Shown here: positions 35,088 to 49,230 of the stretch, piece after piece | How positions within the stretch are numbered: the stretch's first letter is position 1 | How the letters are laid out: each line of letters opens with the position of its first letter | Assembly (NCBI RefSeq): GCF_964355755.1 | Contig: NC_092677.1 | Coordinates: 27,515,175-27,579,174, forward strand | Source of the DNA: Antedon mediterranea | Lineage: Eukaryota; Animalia; Echinodermata | Direction: 5' to 3' | Length of the DNA stretch: 64,000 nt | Notes under the pieces: model-generated | Database searches by the model: none | Seen by the model: the letters and a program-made list of their open reading frames with translations, nothing else | What the model was told of the DNA's origin: nothing | Position numbers and translations under genes: made by a program

Positions 35088-36880
35088 GGCCATGTAAAAA
35101 AAAACAACAGTTGATCGTCCTGGTTTTCTAAAAAAAGGAAGGAAGAGGCTCTTTTTATTTTTTATTTTTTATTTTTCCAAGATGGCGACTCACTACCATA
35201 TTTTCTTGAATAAACATGCCGCTATGAATAAAAATCACTCCCACCCCTCGCAATTCAAATAAATATGGTAAGTACTGTAAGATGTCTAAACAAACATAAG
35301 TATACAGAACAGCAAATATTAAAATACACCTTTTTTTTTATTTTATCAGGGGGTCACAATAAAAGTCCTTTTTGTACACTTTGACTTTATATCAAACTTC
35401 TGGATATTATTAGCCTACTGTGGCACAAATGCTCTAGTGATTTTCCTTTTGGGTGTTTTGCCTGATACCTTACAAAGTGGATAATTCATGTTCTCAATTG
35501 ATAAATTGTGCTCAGTTCCACAATAAAAGCACAGGGGGTCTGTGAATGTTATGTAATAAGCTGCTTCGATAGGCAGGGCACATGTCATTTTGTCATTGAC
35601 AAAAACAATAGAATCGTCCTCTCCCAGGATGTCTTGAAAACAAGTTCCACATGAATACGACAGTGTGTCCAGTTCTCGTTCCAAGAGCTGCCTTTGGTCA
35701 CGCTTCAGAACATGTGCTGCATAACATACTCGCCACTTGAAGCATTCTTCACACTAGAATAAAGAATGAAAAATAGTAGGGGTAAATATATGGTAAATTC
35801 AGTTGTGTTGAAAGAATTCTGAACATGACAATAATATGATAATATGACATCCAAAGAGGGAGGGAATATCAATGCATACACACATATTTTTAAAACAGGA
35901 CGTGGGTCATGTACCCGAACACGTCCGTAAACATCTAGCCATATGGGACAGTTTCAACCCAGCCGGGTCGATTCGCCCCTCTATGGATAGGCAAACTCTA
36001 CACTCTCTTGCGACAATATGCTAGCCTACAGTTTTGTTACTTCTATATGAACATTTTTACCGAACAATTACTCACCTCCGTAGTTTGGTATTGGTCTCCT
36101 ATCGGTCCACCTTGATCGAATTCGCCGCCTGCAAAATCAGAGAAAATGTCTGCGAGAGTACGTCGGCCGTCCACTACACCGTTCTCGCATACCAAGGGCC
36201 GGCTTCACGATTTTTGTTGCAGTCCGAATCGAAACACAAATAAAAACCATGTTGTTTATCTACTAGACTATTTAGTCTAGCAGTATCCTACTATCCTAGA
36301 TCAAATTATTATGTAACAATTGATAAAAGGACTAAAAAGTAGGCCTACCAAGGAACCAATAATTATAAATATTAATAGTGTATACTGTAACTCAAATGTA
36401 TAGAATATAGCGATAGAAACAAGGTAGAACCGAAAACATGTGGTGCATCGATGGAGCAATCGTAAACGTTCTCCAAATCCAGTCGTTTTTTGCTTCACGG
36501 CAACATTTTTAAGGAGTAGCGAGCATATAGCGGCTGTGAAAATTCTAATTAGATCCAGACGTTTATGTAAAATATTATACCCATGATGAGTGTAATTCAA
36601 AATATTCATACATTCAACGGCAGTGATACCTCTATCAGCGCTGACCTATAATCAAAGAATATGACCTCAAATTTATCGCAGTCGACGATGTGTATCGATG
36701 GCTCCCGACGGCTGTGGATCACGAAAAAAGAAAGAGCTAGGCCTAGCTTTCGACAAAGGTACAACATAAATCAATGTTTTATATACAAAATATCGAAATA
36801 AAAAATAAAATAAAAATTGATGCGGCCTGAAAAAAGCATGCGGGCGGGGACGATCAACTGTTGTTTTTTTTTATATGGCC
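35088..36880 (-). mobile_element. Zator-like non-autonomous DNA transposon, copy 2 (inverted twin of 20973-22765)
   Basis: Same length (1793 bp), same TIRs, TTA TSD (35085-87 and 36881-83). Three ORF-track translations are identical, and their mirrored coordinates all sum to 57853. Confidence 0.92.
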
Positions 36881-39079
36881 TTAACAATAAGTTTTTTTAA
36901 GAAGGTACCCGCTATGGTTACGCTAATGCGTTGAGTTGAGCCACCAGTAAAAAAATGTACTTTCTCAACAAAAATAAATTACCTCTTTCTAGGCCAGGCA
37001 GTGGCAAGTAAGATAAATTGGTAACGTTTGAAATTGGTTGATGATAAAATCAATTTTCAGTATTTTTTATATAGAGAGATAGATACACTTTTGATCATAA
37101 CGTTTTTGCATACACGTTCACAGCTGTCGTTGAACAGAATTTCAAATGTGGTGGTGGAAATGAGCTAGGTTAATTTGCAATGCCACTTCCAGCAGCCAAA
37201 ATTATTGGTGACTGAAATAATCCTGGAGACATTTTTCAGGTCTAGGTATGGTACTTGGAAAGTACCTGTTAAGATATATTTCGCTAAACTAAAAATTTGC
37301 AATCCAAATGTTTTTTTTAATGATATAGGTCAGGAGGAAAACCATTATTCATTCAGTGAAACCTCAAAACAACTCGTCAATCAAAGAAGATATTTACTTT
37401 ATTAGACACACCTACCTATGAAATTAAATTAGTTTTTCCGTTCCATAACTTTATACAGTATAACCTAAACTTTTAAAAGAAATTTTGTATTTAATTTTAT
37501 TTTATCATACTGTAGTCAACTTTGTTGTATCCAAAAAATGTTCCTTTAAATATTATATCAATATTATTATTATACAAATTTTAAATTCAAAGTTTAGTGT
37601 CTGCTAAATTTGTATTGCATTTACTCATTTTATAATCATTTAATATAATACAGGAAGAATGTCTATATGTAAGACCTGGAATGTGTATCTTCAATGTAAA
37701 TAAAAACTACCAATACTGTACCACTTCCTAAGCCACAAGATGGGATTTTGTGTATTACTTCCATCCTGTTGGTAGTTGGTTGTTCACATAGTGAAAGACA
37801 CCAGGTTTTTTTTATTAATAGATAAATTATTTTGGCATAATGGCAAAATCTTATTATAAAGTTAAAAAGGACAGAAGCATAGAATATTATTTATTTTAAT
37901 TAATTGTTTACGAACAAAAGTTTAGATTTATTTCAATTATTTTATAACATTACTTGTCCTTGTCAATTCTATTGCACCCCTACTATGGAAATTATTTTCT
38001 AAAATCTACATACTCTAGCAATTTTTTATTGAGATTATCATTCTGTATAATTAGTAAACCATTTATTTTTCTAAATTTTTACAAGAAATTCATGGTAAAT
38101 AAAATCAATTTCTTGTAAATTCTATGCAAAAAAAACAAGCACATTCTTTGAAAAACAAATTAAAGACATTTTCAATTTCATATCATTAATCCTGTACATT
38201 GAAATGTGTTACTATTCTAGCAAACTAAACAGCTATAGCAAAGCACTGGACTATAATAAATGTGAGCATAAATGCATCCAAGTGTGTGATACGATTGGAT
38301 CGTGTTTTTGTTTTCCAATAACATTTAGAATGGCAGTCTCTTGATGACCGTTCATTGACACTGGGTTTCATTTATTTCACTAAGGACATTTGTTTGTGAT
38401 TATTCTAGTGAAAAAATTACTCGGTAAACTTAATAACTAACTAATGATTTCTACTTCTGTATATATATCAAACAATAACATGATGATTTTTATGAAGAAT
38501 GTTTGTTTAGATTTTGTTTATACAGGTATAAACTATAGTATAATAATCTAGATAAATTGGTTTTTGATTATTCCATTAATTCCATAAAAATGAAATGTAC
38601 AATTAGCTTTTGAAACTGTCAAACCAACATTCTATTTCTTGCCTAGCTTTCCTGGATAAACCGACAACAATAGCCCATGCTCTCCAGAGGGAGGGCTTTA
38701 GATGCGAAAACATTCTCTTAAATATACAGCACCTACTGAAATATGGGCATCATTGGAAACTACATTCGCTGTAATAAAGGACATTCTGTTTTACCTAAGT
38801 TGATGTTGGCAGATCATGTCACTAATGATGCTGTTCCTACATATTATATAATGTATAATAAATGTGATTCCCAAAAAAAGAAAAGTTTAATGTGTCAAAT
38901 TAATTAGAAACAAATTTGGTAAATTACTGATGCAGTGATACAGTAGTTGGTTTTTAAGAAAATTAAGTTCTTTGGAATTCCCAAATGTGTTTAAAAAAAA
39001 TTGCCTACTGTACTGTATTATAAGAAATAATGGAAAATACACAGCATTTCAATTCTTTAATATACTGTAGGTAGTAGTA

Positions 39080-39324
39080 GGTTGGATAGCCGAGTGGTTA
39101 GGACACTTGACTGTCGTACAGATAGACCCGGGTTCAATTCCCGACAACTCCCAGTCCACTCAGCAGAGCTGTATGAGTACCTGGTTGAAAATACTAGGGA
39201 GAAAAAATGCGGCGTGGAAAGGAACTGGCCACCCTACCACATAATGCAGAGGCTTAGTACAATGAGCTCCTAACAGCTTATTCCCCTACATTCAGAGAAT
39301 ACGGGACTCTCACCTTTACCTTTA
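39080..39324 (+). mobile_element. tRNA-derived SINE
   Basis: Pol III A box tagccgagtgg and B box ggttcaattcc, central body, (accttt)2 tail. Flanked by the direct repeat tagtagtaggt (39072-82 and 39323-33). Confidence 0.88.
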
Positions 39325-42300
39325 GTAGTAGGTATTTACTTATTGACCATTTACTCTGTAATGGGAACTTAACAGCTACCGTAAGCTAAAATGAAGAACA
39401 CTTTGAAAGTCATTGATAGCCATGTACAGTACTGATGATGACCAAATATGAAACATGATTATTTAATTAAGGAAGTACGTTGATAAAACATTGTCATTTT
39501 TAATGTTTCTAACAGGTGGTTTTGCTCTACATTAATGTTAGGATGTGGTTTATTTAAGCTCCATATACTTCATTCAGTGTGAAACAATAATGTACAGTAT
39601 ACCATACAATGGAATGTTTTGTTTCTTGGGAAATTTAAAATTCTCAGTAAATTTATCATTTTCTAAGTTCCATTTAAATGTTGTTTACCAATAGAAAAAG
39701 TAAGGCCTGATAAAAGTGTCATAAACATACAGTTACTGTATATTGATAATCAAATAAATAACTGTGTTCTATTTTTTTAAATTTTTTTGCATACAAACAG
39801 TATTCATTTTAATTTCCTTTTTTATAGTCTTTGAGTTAATCATAGAAAGTTTTGGGAATTTGATTCAGATTAAAAAGCGATGTTTTTTTAGATCTGAACA
39901 AAAATATGAACTAGAACTAGAACAACGATGAATATCTTGAACGCTGAGTGAGAGTGAGACAAGTATAAAACGATTAGCTGAAACTAGATCGACTGATTAT
40001 AATTGTACTATCCAAAAATGTAAATTACGTCAAGAAACCAAATTAGATCATATTTTTTTATGTTCTAAAAGCATCAAGAATGATTAGCAATGCATCAATT
40101 TATTTGGTCTAATAATTGTAGTTGATGAATGAGAGTGTTCTGACGTTGTCGTCATAGTTGCTTTAAGCTACCATCATTTTTGAAAGATCTCTCTCCCTCT
40201 CTTCAGAGTCTAATATCAATATTTGCATTGTCATCACGGCCATGCTTCAGTTGAAAGCTCGCAGGGCTTATTGTACACAAGGCCTTGCATTGTTAGTTAT
40301 ATTGAATTTACACTAACAACCATATGCTGTATAGATTCAGTGCTTTAATATAATCAACTCTGGTTATGATTTAAGTGCATTTATCAAACTAGAATACCTT
40401 AGTGTAGATTGCTGAACTATGACCTCTTGCTAAACTATGACCTCTTGTTTGTATGGTACTGTACTTTACTTTATCTTGAGATTATGTTTAGAATACAATC
40501 TACTTTTAAAGTTTCAACTAAAAAATCCATTGCATTTGAAAAATTTTCAACAATAAAATCTTGATACATTGACTTACTTATAGAATTGATTTGATTTCGC
40601 AGATAATACAGTGTGGAGATATGCATGGGAAGATATCCTGATTATTTTGGGACCTTCACTCTGCCATAGAATATCTTACGCTTAACCTACAGTAGCCTTA
40701 ATTCATGCAGAATGTACCTCTCCAACTGTAATTTACATAGTTAAACATGTGTTTTTTTAAAGGCCTTACCTTTTTGCACATGTTGGATGTTAATGTTGAT
40801 CAGTATCCCAAGACCCACCATTTGATTACTTAGAACTCTTCTTTAATCCACTTTTTATTTCAATTCATTAATCTTCAATTTTATCTCAAATCATATGGGA
40901 TATTTTAAATATCATGTTTCATGCATGCAAAAAAATCATTTAATCTTCAAATGTAATGATATCATTAATCATGTCTGTAATTGCAAATGTCATTTGAGAA
41001 TTTTGGTTATTAATATTTATAGGAGCATGATTATCAATTCTTTAATAACAAATATGAAATAAAAAAAAAAACACAGAACTTTTCCTAGAATTTTAGACAT
41101 TTATGTATAGTATCTTGTTTAAATTATACAAATTTGTGTGTATTTTAGTTGTGAATACACAAAATACTGTATAGAAATAGTAATACCAGCAGAATTGTTT
41201 GAGTCTAAATTGGTACCAATCTGTGTGTTCTTTGACTGAAAGAAAGAATTAATAATTTAAAGCTAATAAATTGTAATGTTTTCCAAACTCTCACTCTCCA
41301 AAAAACTAGTAAAAACGAGCATTGGGAGTGGCCTGTCCAAAAGGTTGTATGGAAGCATTGGGAGTGACTATTCTTCGTCTCTACCCAATTGCAGTGATAT
41401 GCTATACCTGTAGTAGCCAAAATGAATGAATTTGCAACATATTTAAATAAAATCAAAATTTCTTTCTTCTTAAAATCAGGGTGAAGTTGAATGTTTGTAA
41501 TTTAAGTGTATGTTGGGTACGGTATACGATTGCCATGTCAAAAGAAGTATTTGATATGAGATGATCCCTGTATTGCAGTTGATGCATAGCAAAGTAGGGC
41601 AGTTAATATGTATCAGTTGTATCGGCAAAATATTGTATTAATTTCTTGTAGAAAGTTGGTTGGATTAACAAAAAGATATGCAGCAAAAAAAAACGGGCTT
41701 AATATAACATTGTTACATTAATCAGCATTTCAGTAAGGCTTTTTGATTGTCATCTTTACCAAGCATACTGTACCTTAGCCACATTTTGAATTACTGACGG
41801 TTTATTTTAAAATATGGAAAAATACAGAATGCCTGGTGTTATTAATTTAGCATTTTTCTATCATTATTTGCGTTCAAAATTATGATTTTTGTCATTTAAA
41901 GGAGAGCAATTTAATCTAGATTTGGCGTCAGAAGCCGGATGCAAATATATACATTAAATTGTAATAAATATTCCATCAATATAGCCTTCCTTCCAAATTG
42001 GATTTCGATTGCCTTGTCCAAACAACAGTTTCCTTCCAAATATGATTACACTACATTGTTTTATTAAAATTAACAATAAATATATTTTTCATACTCTTTG
42101 TTTGATAAGTACAGTACTTGTTGTACTGTGATATGTGACCTAAAGTACTGTTATAAGTTTTGTTTGTGTTTATATTTGTTTCTGTTTATGAGAATTTTTT
42201 AAATTAAATTTTTCTGTAAAAATAAAAACTTCTTAGTAATGTGTACTGTATACAAAATCATATAAGTTACAGAAGGCAATTATTATTGTCATAATATAAA

Positions 42301-43504
42301 GTTCTGTAAATACCTGTTGTAAGAATAAATATACTTTTATATTTAACTTAAAACTTGTGGATGCGTTGCTGTGTACTCTACCACGATCAGTGTACGCGAA
42401 AATGTATGTTACATATTTTATAGATTTCTAAAATTTAATCTTAATTGTTTTTAGTGTTTCAGCGAGTCTGATTATTTTTAAGTGATTATTTTTTCCTTTT
42501 TGCGATGCGTTCCATTTTTTGTTAGCTGTTGATAAGTGAAAGCAATATTGAGAGTTAATGCATTTTTGCCAGAAGCTAATTTTCTATTTTGATTAACCTG
42601 TTGAAATGTAAAGTTATATAAACAACATGTACATGTTGAGTAGTAGCTAACTGTATAATATGTTTGGTATCTGCCGACTATCACAGTATTACTATTTCCA
42701 TTACACTTTTCCGCTTAGGGAGAAATGATAGGATGGCGGAACCGGTAACTCTCTTGGTTTGTGTGTGATTTTCATCATTTTATTTTCACTACACTTGGTT
42801 GGTCTGTTTGTCTGTAATTATTGTATTCATCATTTTGTCATCATAATCAACATCCATTTCTACTTTAATATTTTGGTTTAAAAACCTGCCATACTTTATT
42901 CAACTTTCTAAGATCACAAAGTTAACATCAATGTCTCTTGTATCTTTTTATGATAATATTTAGTAATTGTCTGTTTTTAATTATTATCAATTATGAAAAA
43001 AATCTGTTATATCGCAAACAAATATTATGTTTATGTTCTGTTGCGTACATTATGCAAATACCTTTGTTTCAAAAGTCATAAAATACTTTCTTAACTTTTA
43101 ATTATTATTATTGTAAGTATTCCAAATAGTTTATGAATTTAATTGTGAGTGGGTGTATTGTATACCATATCTCATTTGTCTTGTAGTCTAGTTAATTGTA
43201 CTGTTTCCATATGTCTTACTAATGACCACATTTATGATTTTGCTCTCACTCAGTATCTTTGAATTCTTGAAATATCCTGGCAACCATTTTGATGCTACAA
43301 TTATACAATGTACAGTACAGTATGTGTGTACCTCTTAGCCCCTATTTATCTGCCAAACCCATGGTTGGTCCTTTCTGTACTATATGACTGTTTGTTATTA
43401 TCCGTTATAATTTCATTTTTATTTATTTTGGTCTGAATCCAACGTTAGTGCATTACGGTACTACTAGTTTTTTACTAATTTTTTATACCATTTTTGTTTT
43501 ACAG

Positions 43505-43559
43505 GACTGTAAATTTATGTGGATCTTTTAATAAAGAGTTGGTAAATACCTTTTAGGAG
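43505..43559 (+). other. ANKRD11: 55-nt non-coding 5'UTR exon of the ANKRD11-like gene
   Basis: Branch-point tactaat (~43473), long T-rich tract, cag acceptor and consensus gag|gtaagt donor. Sequence resembles human ANKRD11 exon 2 as I recall it. Confidence 0.8.
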
Positions 43560-46500
43560 GTAAGTATTTTATATTTTTTCCCCTTGTTTATAAGGCCAGG
43601 CAGTCACTTCAATGAAATGGTGACACTGTATGTGTGATGATTACCCAAATAAGGCTAAATAATTTGCATAAACAGCTTTACAAATGGACTATAGTTACTG
43701 CAGTAATTGCTGCATGTTTACATGATTCCTAAAAATGTGTCTTTGTAAAAAATAAACATGCTTGCTTAAACTTGGAGCTAAATACCCTTGGCTTCGCCAT
43801 TTCTGCCAGTCTATTCTACTGAATATTTTTATGTTTTATCTTTAAAAATGATATTTAAAAATTCTTTTGTGTCGTTTGTATCTAGCAATGATATTTTTAA
43901 AACAAGTATGATTATGTTTATATAGAATTGATTGACTACTTTGTTATCACTAGTTCCTAGTTCCATCAGTGATTACAACATATATGATTAATTTAATCTC
44001 TGCTGATTATTCTATTTGTATGGTGTATGGTAGATTATCAATGCCATTATTGTCATTGTCATGGCTACTTGTTTATTTTAGCATATGCTTAAATACGATG
44101 ACGCCAATTTGATAATCTTGTCGCATCCAGGGGGAAAATTTGATCAATTTTCAAGATATAAAACCAATCTATAAAACAACATTGTTCTCATTAAAATTTG
44201 GTTCTAATATCTAAAAGCTGTCTACACTATAAAACTAGTTTGACAAAGAAAGTGTGATTCAAAAGGTAGTGATATGTATGCCCAAATATGGTAGTGATTT
44301 AACATTATTGTGTCTATATATGGTCACATAACATTTTTTTGTCAAATATTATTTGATAATGTAGACAGAGCTTAACACATGATTCTGTTTTCAAGCGGAT
44401 AAAAATAAAAGAAATCAGTATGTATTGTGAATAGTGCAAAGTAATCGTATGAATAATGTTGTATTAATAACCAAAGGAATATGTTTAAAAAAACGTCCTA
44501 CTACAAAACGAGTACCAGCTGCCATCTAAGTTTGTCATATTGAGTTTGTTCTTTACATTGTTTTAGTTATAGAACTGGAATAATTTATCTATTTCTGCCA
44601 CCACTGAGAATAATCAATGTTGTCAATACTGTACTTGAGTATCACATGATGTCAACAGGAACTTTAGAATAATAATAATACAGCGTGAAGCAATATCAGA
44701 GAATACCTTGTTTTCATTCGTGGATTGTAATGATATCGTGAGCACCTGGTTCTCGTTTTAATTGGCAACATACAGTTGTTTAACAGAGGCTACCTTTCTT
44801 TATTACCATACGGATATGAATACATAGTATATAATAATCATTGATTGACTTGCAGTATAAAGAAATCCACACAAATACCTAAGTCTGAACTTGCAATACA
44901 CTTTACGATCTATGAAATAATTTGTGAAGGAACTTCCTGGTTTTGGTCATTTAATTAATTGTTACAGATTTGGAATCTTGTTTGTAATTATTGTGAAAGA
45001 ACAAACAATTGTATGCACTGACTGAATGTTGTCTGAAATTTGTGTCATTCTTTCAATTTACTGTATTTTAATTTGTAGCCAAGCATCTTAACATCTACTT
45101 AATATTTAATGTCTAGTATTAATAAAAATTACAATTAATAATTTTCAGTAATTTCTCTAAGACCAGACATACACACATTGAATAAAGACCCCCTTTTTAT
45201 TTACTATTGTTGTTGTTATTTACAAGTATTGTCAAGGTTGCTCATTTCTTTAATCAGTTAAAATTATAAACAATATTTTTGAGTAGATTTTGTGCAAGGA
45301 TTTCATTCTGTTGTTGCAATCATCGTTGTCGAACCATTAGAAGTTAATGAGGTTCGATTTTCACATTTCATTTGTCCTTCAAAAACTGTCGCTCTTTGTT
45401 GTGTTCAATACACAACATCTTTCAAGATAAAAAAAAGGTTTTATTTTCAAAATAACAGAAAATAAAATTGTGACTCATTGGAAGGAGAGAAAACATTTTA
45501 ATATAAATTCAGTTTTGTTTTCTTATTTACCTGTTAAATGCAATTATTTAGGTTTTTGTAGTCAGACACACTGCTTACTGCAGTAAAACAATGCAGTTAC
45601 TGCAGCAGTAGAATAGTTTTGACATGATTTTTTAGTCCTTTTCCATGGAGGATAAAGAATAGCCATAGAAAATCAAGCTGTTATGTATGTATACTGTAGT
45701 GTTAACATTCCTTTTTTTTTGTTATCGGAGGAATATATTAATGAGGATAGAATATTCAAAATAGTTTTTAAGAAGACGGTGAAATATGCGACACAAATGA
45801 ACATAGACAAAGGCAAATAAATGGCTATTAGCTGCTCAAAGTTATCGCCATTGAGAACAAAGATATTCCCTTGATACAGACAAAGCCAGCATCATTAGAT
45901 GAAGACTCAGAACAAGTTTGAATATCATTTATTTCATTGCAATTAGTAAAAGGTTGTGTGTACTTTAGAATAAAGTAACTAGTATCACATGGTATTCTCA
46001 TGTCAGTTGTAGATTAAGCGTCATCAAATCACTGTCTCTGGTTTAAGCTTTTGTATTATGCATTTGGGTGGGAAGAAACGGTTGTAGGCTTGTACCAAAA
46101 AGTACTGGTTTGCTTGAAAGTTTTAGCCAATGCAGGAAAAGAAGAATATTGACTGTATAATACACCATAATAAGTCATTACAACAATTGCTACATTTTTT
46201 TTATTAAAAAAAAGATGAATGAAGAAGAATGATTAAAGTTGCTTAGATTACGAACGTTGAGTATCCTGAAGTAATTACTTAAACTTCAACTTGATGAATT
46301 GCTCTTTATAACCCATTTTATTAAACCCATTGACAGCTTTCATTTTGGAGAAAATAGTTTAATTTCTTATTACTTTATTTATCATTTTTAGATTAATTAA
46401 TTCTAGGAAAAGTTGAATTTACAGCTTTGCAGATAAGGCCTACCTGTACCTTTACTACACTAAAAAAGTTAAAAAAAAACTATACAGTGTAATTTACAAC

Positions 46501-47069
46501 CAGCAAACATACATACATTGACTGTTTGACATCTTCATGTAGTTACTGAAAACCCATCTCTTTTGAATAGCATATAAAATGACGTAATTTCTACCTAGTT
46601 CAAGCCTTGTGGTCAGTTCAAGCCTTGTGGTCGTAGCGCTTTAGAGAAAATTTATTTTGGTTAGGCGCTATACAAAAGAATATTATTAGCTAGTTTTGAC
46701 ATTTGTAAGAAGCAATATAAAGGTTACACTCAATACTATTATCTTGTAGTAATTTGCTAGGCTGATTTTGTAGCCATGTTGCCATATTGTTATTTTCTAC
46801 TGAATAATCAACGTTTAAGGATGTTTTGATAATTTTTTATTAGTTGCTTAGAAACCATGTTTTTGTATTGACTCATAATGGAGTTGAAATTTGGTTTATT
46901 TGCTTTGATGGTCTTGTGGTTGTGTACAGTGTAAACTAAACCTTTGATCATTTGCTTTGTTTTTTTACTTTTAGTATCTAAAGCTTTATCTTTATAATTG
47001 TTATCATTTGTCATATTTACCATCAGTAAAGCTTCCATACTTTATTTACATTCAGATAAAGGAATATAA

Positions 47070-47258
47070 GGGATCATGTTGAAATTATTCTACTGCAGTT
47101 ACTGCAGCAACTACGTTTTCTTTATCTCATAATGTAATATTTTGTTTCAAATTTAGAAGTTTATTAGGCAGTCACTGCAATGAATAGTGTATTATCTTGT
47201 AATTGCAAGTTTAACAAAATGTCGTAACTGCAGTAGAATAACTTTAAAACATAATCCC
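47070..47258. mobile_element. Harbinger-like MITE with actgcagt subterminal repeats
   Basis: Imperfect TIR gggatcatgttgaaattattctactgcagttac versus rev-comp gggattatgttttaaagttattctactgcagttac. Related fragments near 45570-45630 and 61720-61900. Confidence 0.6.
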
Positions 47259-49230
47259 AAACTATGAGTGAAATATGAATAATTAAATGACATAGTTTGT
47301 CTCATCTCATTCTACACATCTGCTATGTGTAGTATTTTCTGGATGATTGGTTGCTATTCCATTTTCATTTTTTTCCCAAGATACAAAAACAACAAATATT
47401 TTGCTAATGATTAGTTTTTGTAGTTAGATGATGTGTCATAAATTAAAGTACAATTACTTTGTGAAACAATATATTGCCTGTGATGACAGCTTTTAATTTC
47501 ATCATGATTTTATGTGGATTATTGATCAAATATGACCATGTGACATTCACACAGGGATCTCATGTTTATTTTTATAATTTCTGTGTTTGGTAGTAGTGAT
47601 TTGGGTTTATCCAATTATATTTTTGATATTATTTTAGATTTTTAAATTAAACAGTACTCGTACTTAGAAGACTATGTTGTGCAATTTGTGTATTCTTTAG
47701 GTTGTATTTTTATCATATTTCATTAAATTGTTTTGTATCTTCATTTGTGAGTCTTCCAAATGTGTAGATTGGGAAATAATGTTTTGCTGATTATTATTAA
47801 TTTCCAAATATTATTTGTGCATGAATCAAATTTTCTGATGGTATGGTTTTGTTGAGATGGTCCCTGAAAGCTGAGTATACTGCTGCTGTATTGACTAACC
47901 AATGGTGACTCATGTATTCTTTGCAGCAGTACAAAAGCTTGAAAGCAGCAAAAAGCTTCTTTAGCGGCTGCAGCTGTTTTTTCCTCTTATAAAATTCTGC
48001 CCTATGTATTAAGATTTATGATCAGATCATTAGTGTTCTTGTGTCAAAGTCCATGTAATATTTACCATGATAAGATTTAGTGTGGATACAGTTGACAGGT
48101 TAAGGGGCCCTCTCCCAAGTAGATTCAATGTTGGATTGAAAAACAAGTATAGGTACATTGTTCATTTAAAAGAAAATGAAGAACTTTCTCTAACCACACA
48201 GACACCCTTCCACACCACCCTCTCCCTCCGGCTTAACCCTCTTCCCCTCGACCCCGCCCTGTCTCCCAACTGAAATTGTTGAAAAATGAAATCAAAGAGC
48301 CTGGAATAATAGTTTTAGTGATTAGAATTTGAGGAGTCAGAATGAGAGGTTATCTTCTGGTCTTTAGTGACTGAACAATGTACAGTGAATTATGTGTACA
48401 ATTCTGAATTATGAAATTTGTGGTGGAAAAAGACCAAACTATAGAGCAATCAATGTTGCTGAAAACACTGTTTTCTTTGAAGTAGTACAGTAACACCCAA
48501 TACAATAAATCATATACTGTACCTTTAATGCACTAAAACAGCTTTATAAACATAAACCATGCGATTGACATGTTTTGTAAAACATGCGATTGACATGTTT
48601 TTTAAAACATACTTTAGATATTGTATAGATTTTTTATGTGACAATATAGTGAACGACGGTGCCATTATTGTTAAGGCATTGTTTTCGTTGCATTTATAAA
48701 CAGGATTGGAAAGGCTTGGTTTCCCATGGGCATTTTCTTTTCACAATCCTAATCGTAATATTTTATGCATAAAAGTATTTGGTAATATATTCCAACAGGT
48801 CATATTTGGAACGCTGCCAATAAATCTGCTGCTAGATATTTTGTAATCTCTTTTAAAGGAACAGTTGTTGTTAGTTACTAGATTCAGGTTGTTTAAAGGG
48901 ACAGTCGATACATATCCAGATTTAAAGGTAACATTGATTTTAGGCTTTTTAAACTTTATTTGTAATATTTTTGTTTTATTTTTCTTGTACGGCAACCACT
49001 TAGTAGTTCAGTTCACATTTCCTCTCTTATTTTTTGTCTTAAGTAATTTTTTATTTTAGCTAATTGTAGACAGAAAATGTGATAATGGAACATGTATAAT
49101 AATACAATAAACTTTGTGTAAAAAAATATAGATTGAAGAGAACTAGACAAAGCAATCCAGAGAAAAATAAATTCACTCCTAAATTTAGGGTGAATTGTTT
49201 GCGGAAACTAAAGGTTATTTAACTGACAAT

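Noticed and set aside
36993-37007. 15-nt micro-exon gccaggcagtggcaa between tag and gtaaga
   Set aside because: The splice-like signals could arise by chance, and there is no frame or homology support.
39080-39153. Functional tRNA gene
   Set aside because: A and B boxes are present but the anticodon and acceptor stems pair poorly, and the sequence continues into a SINE body, tail and TSD.
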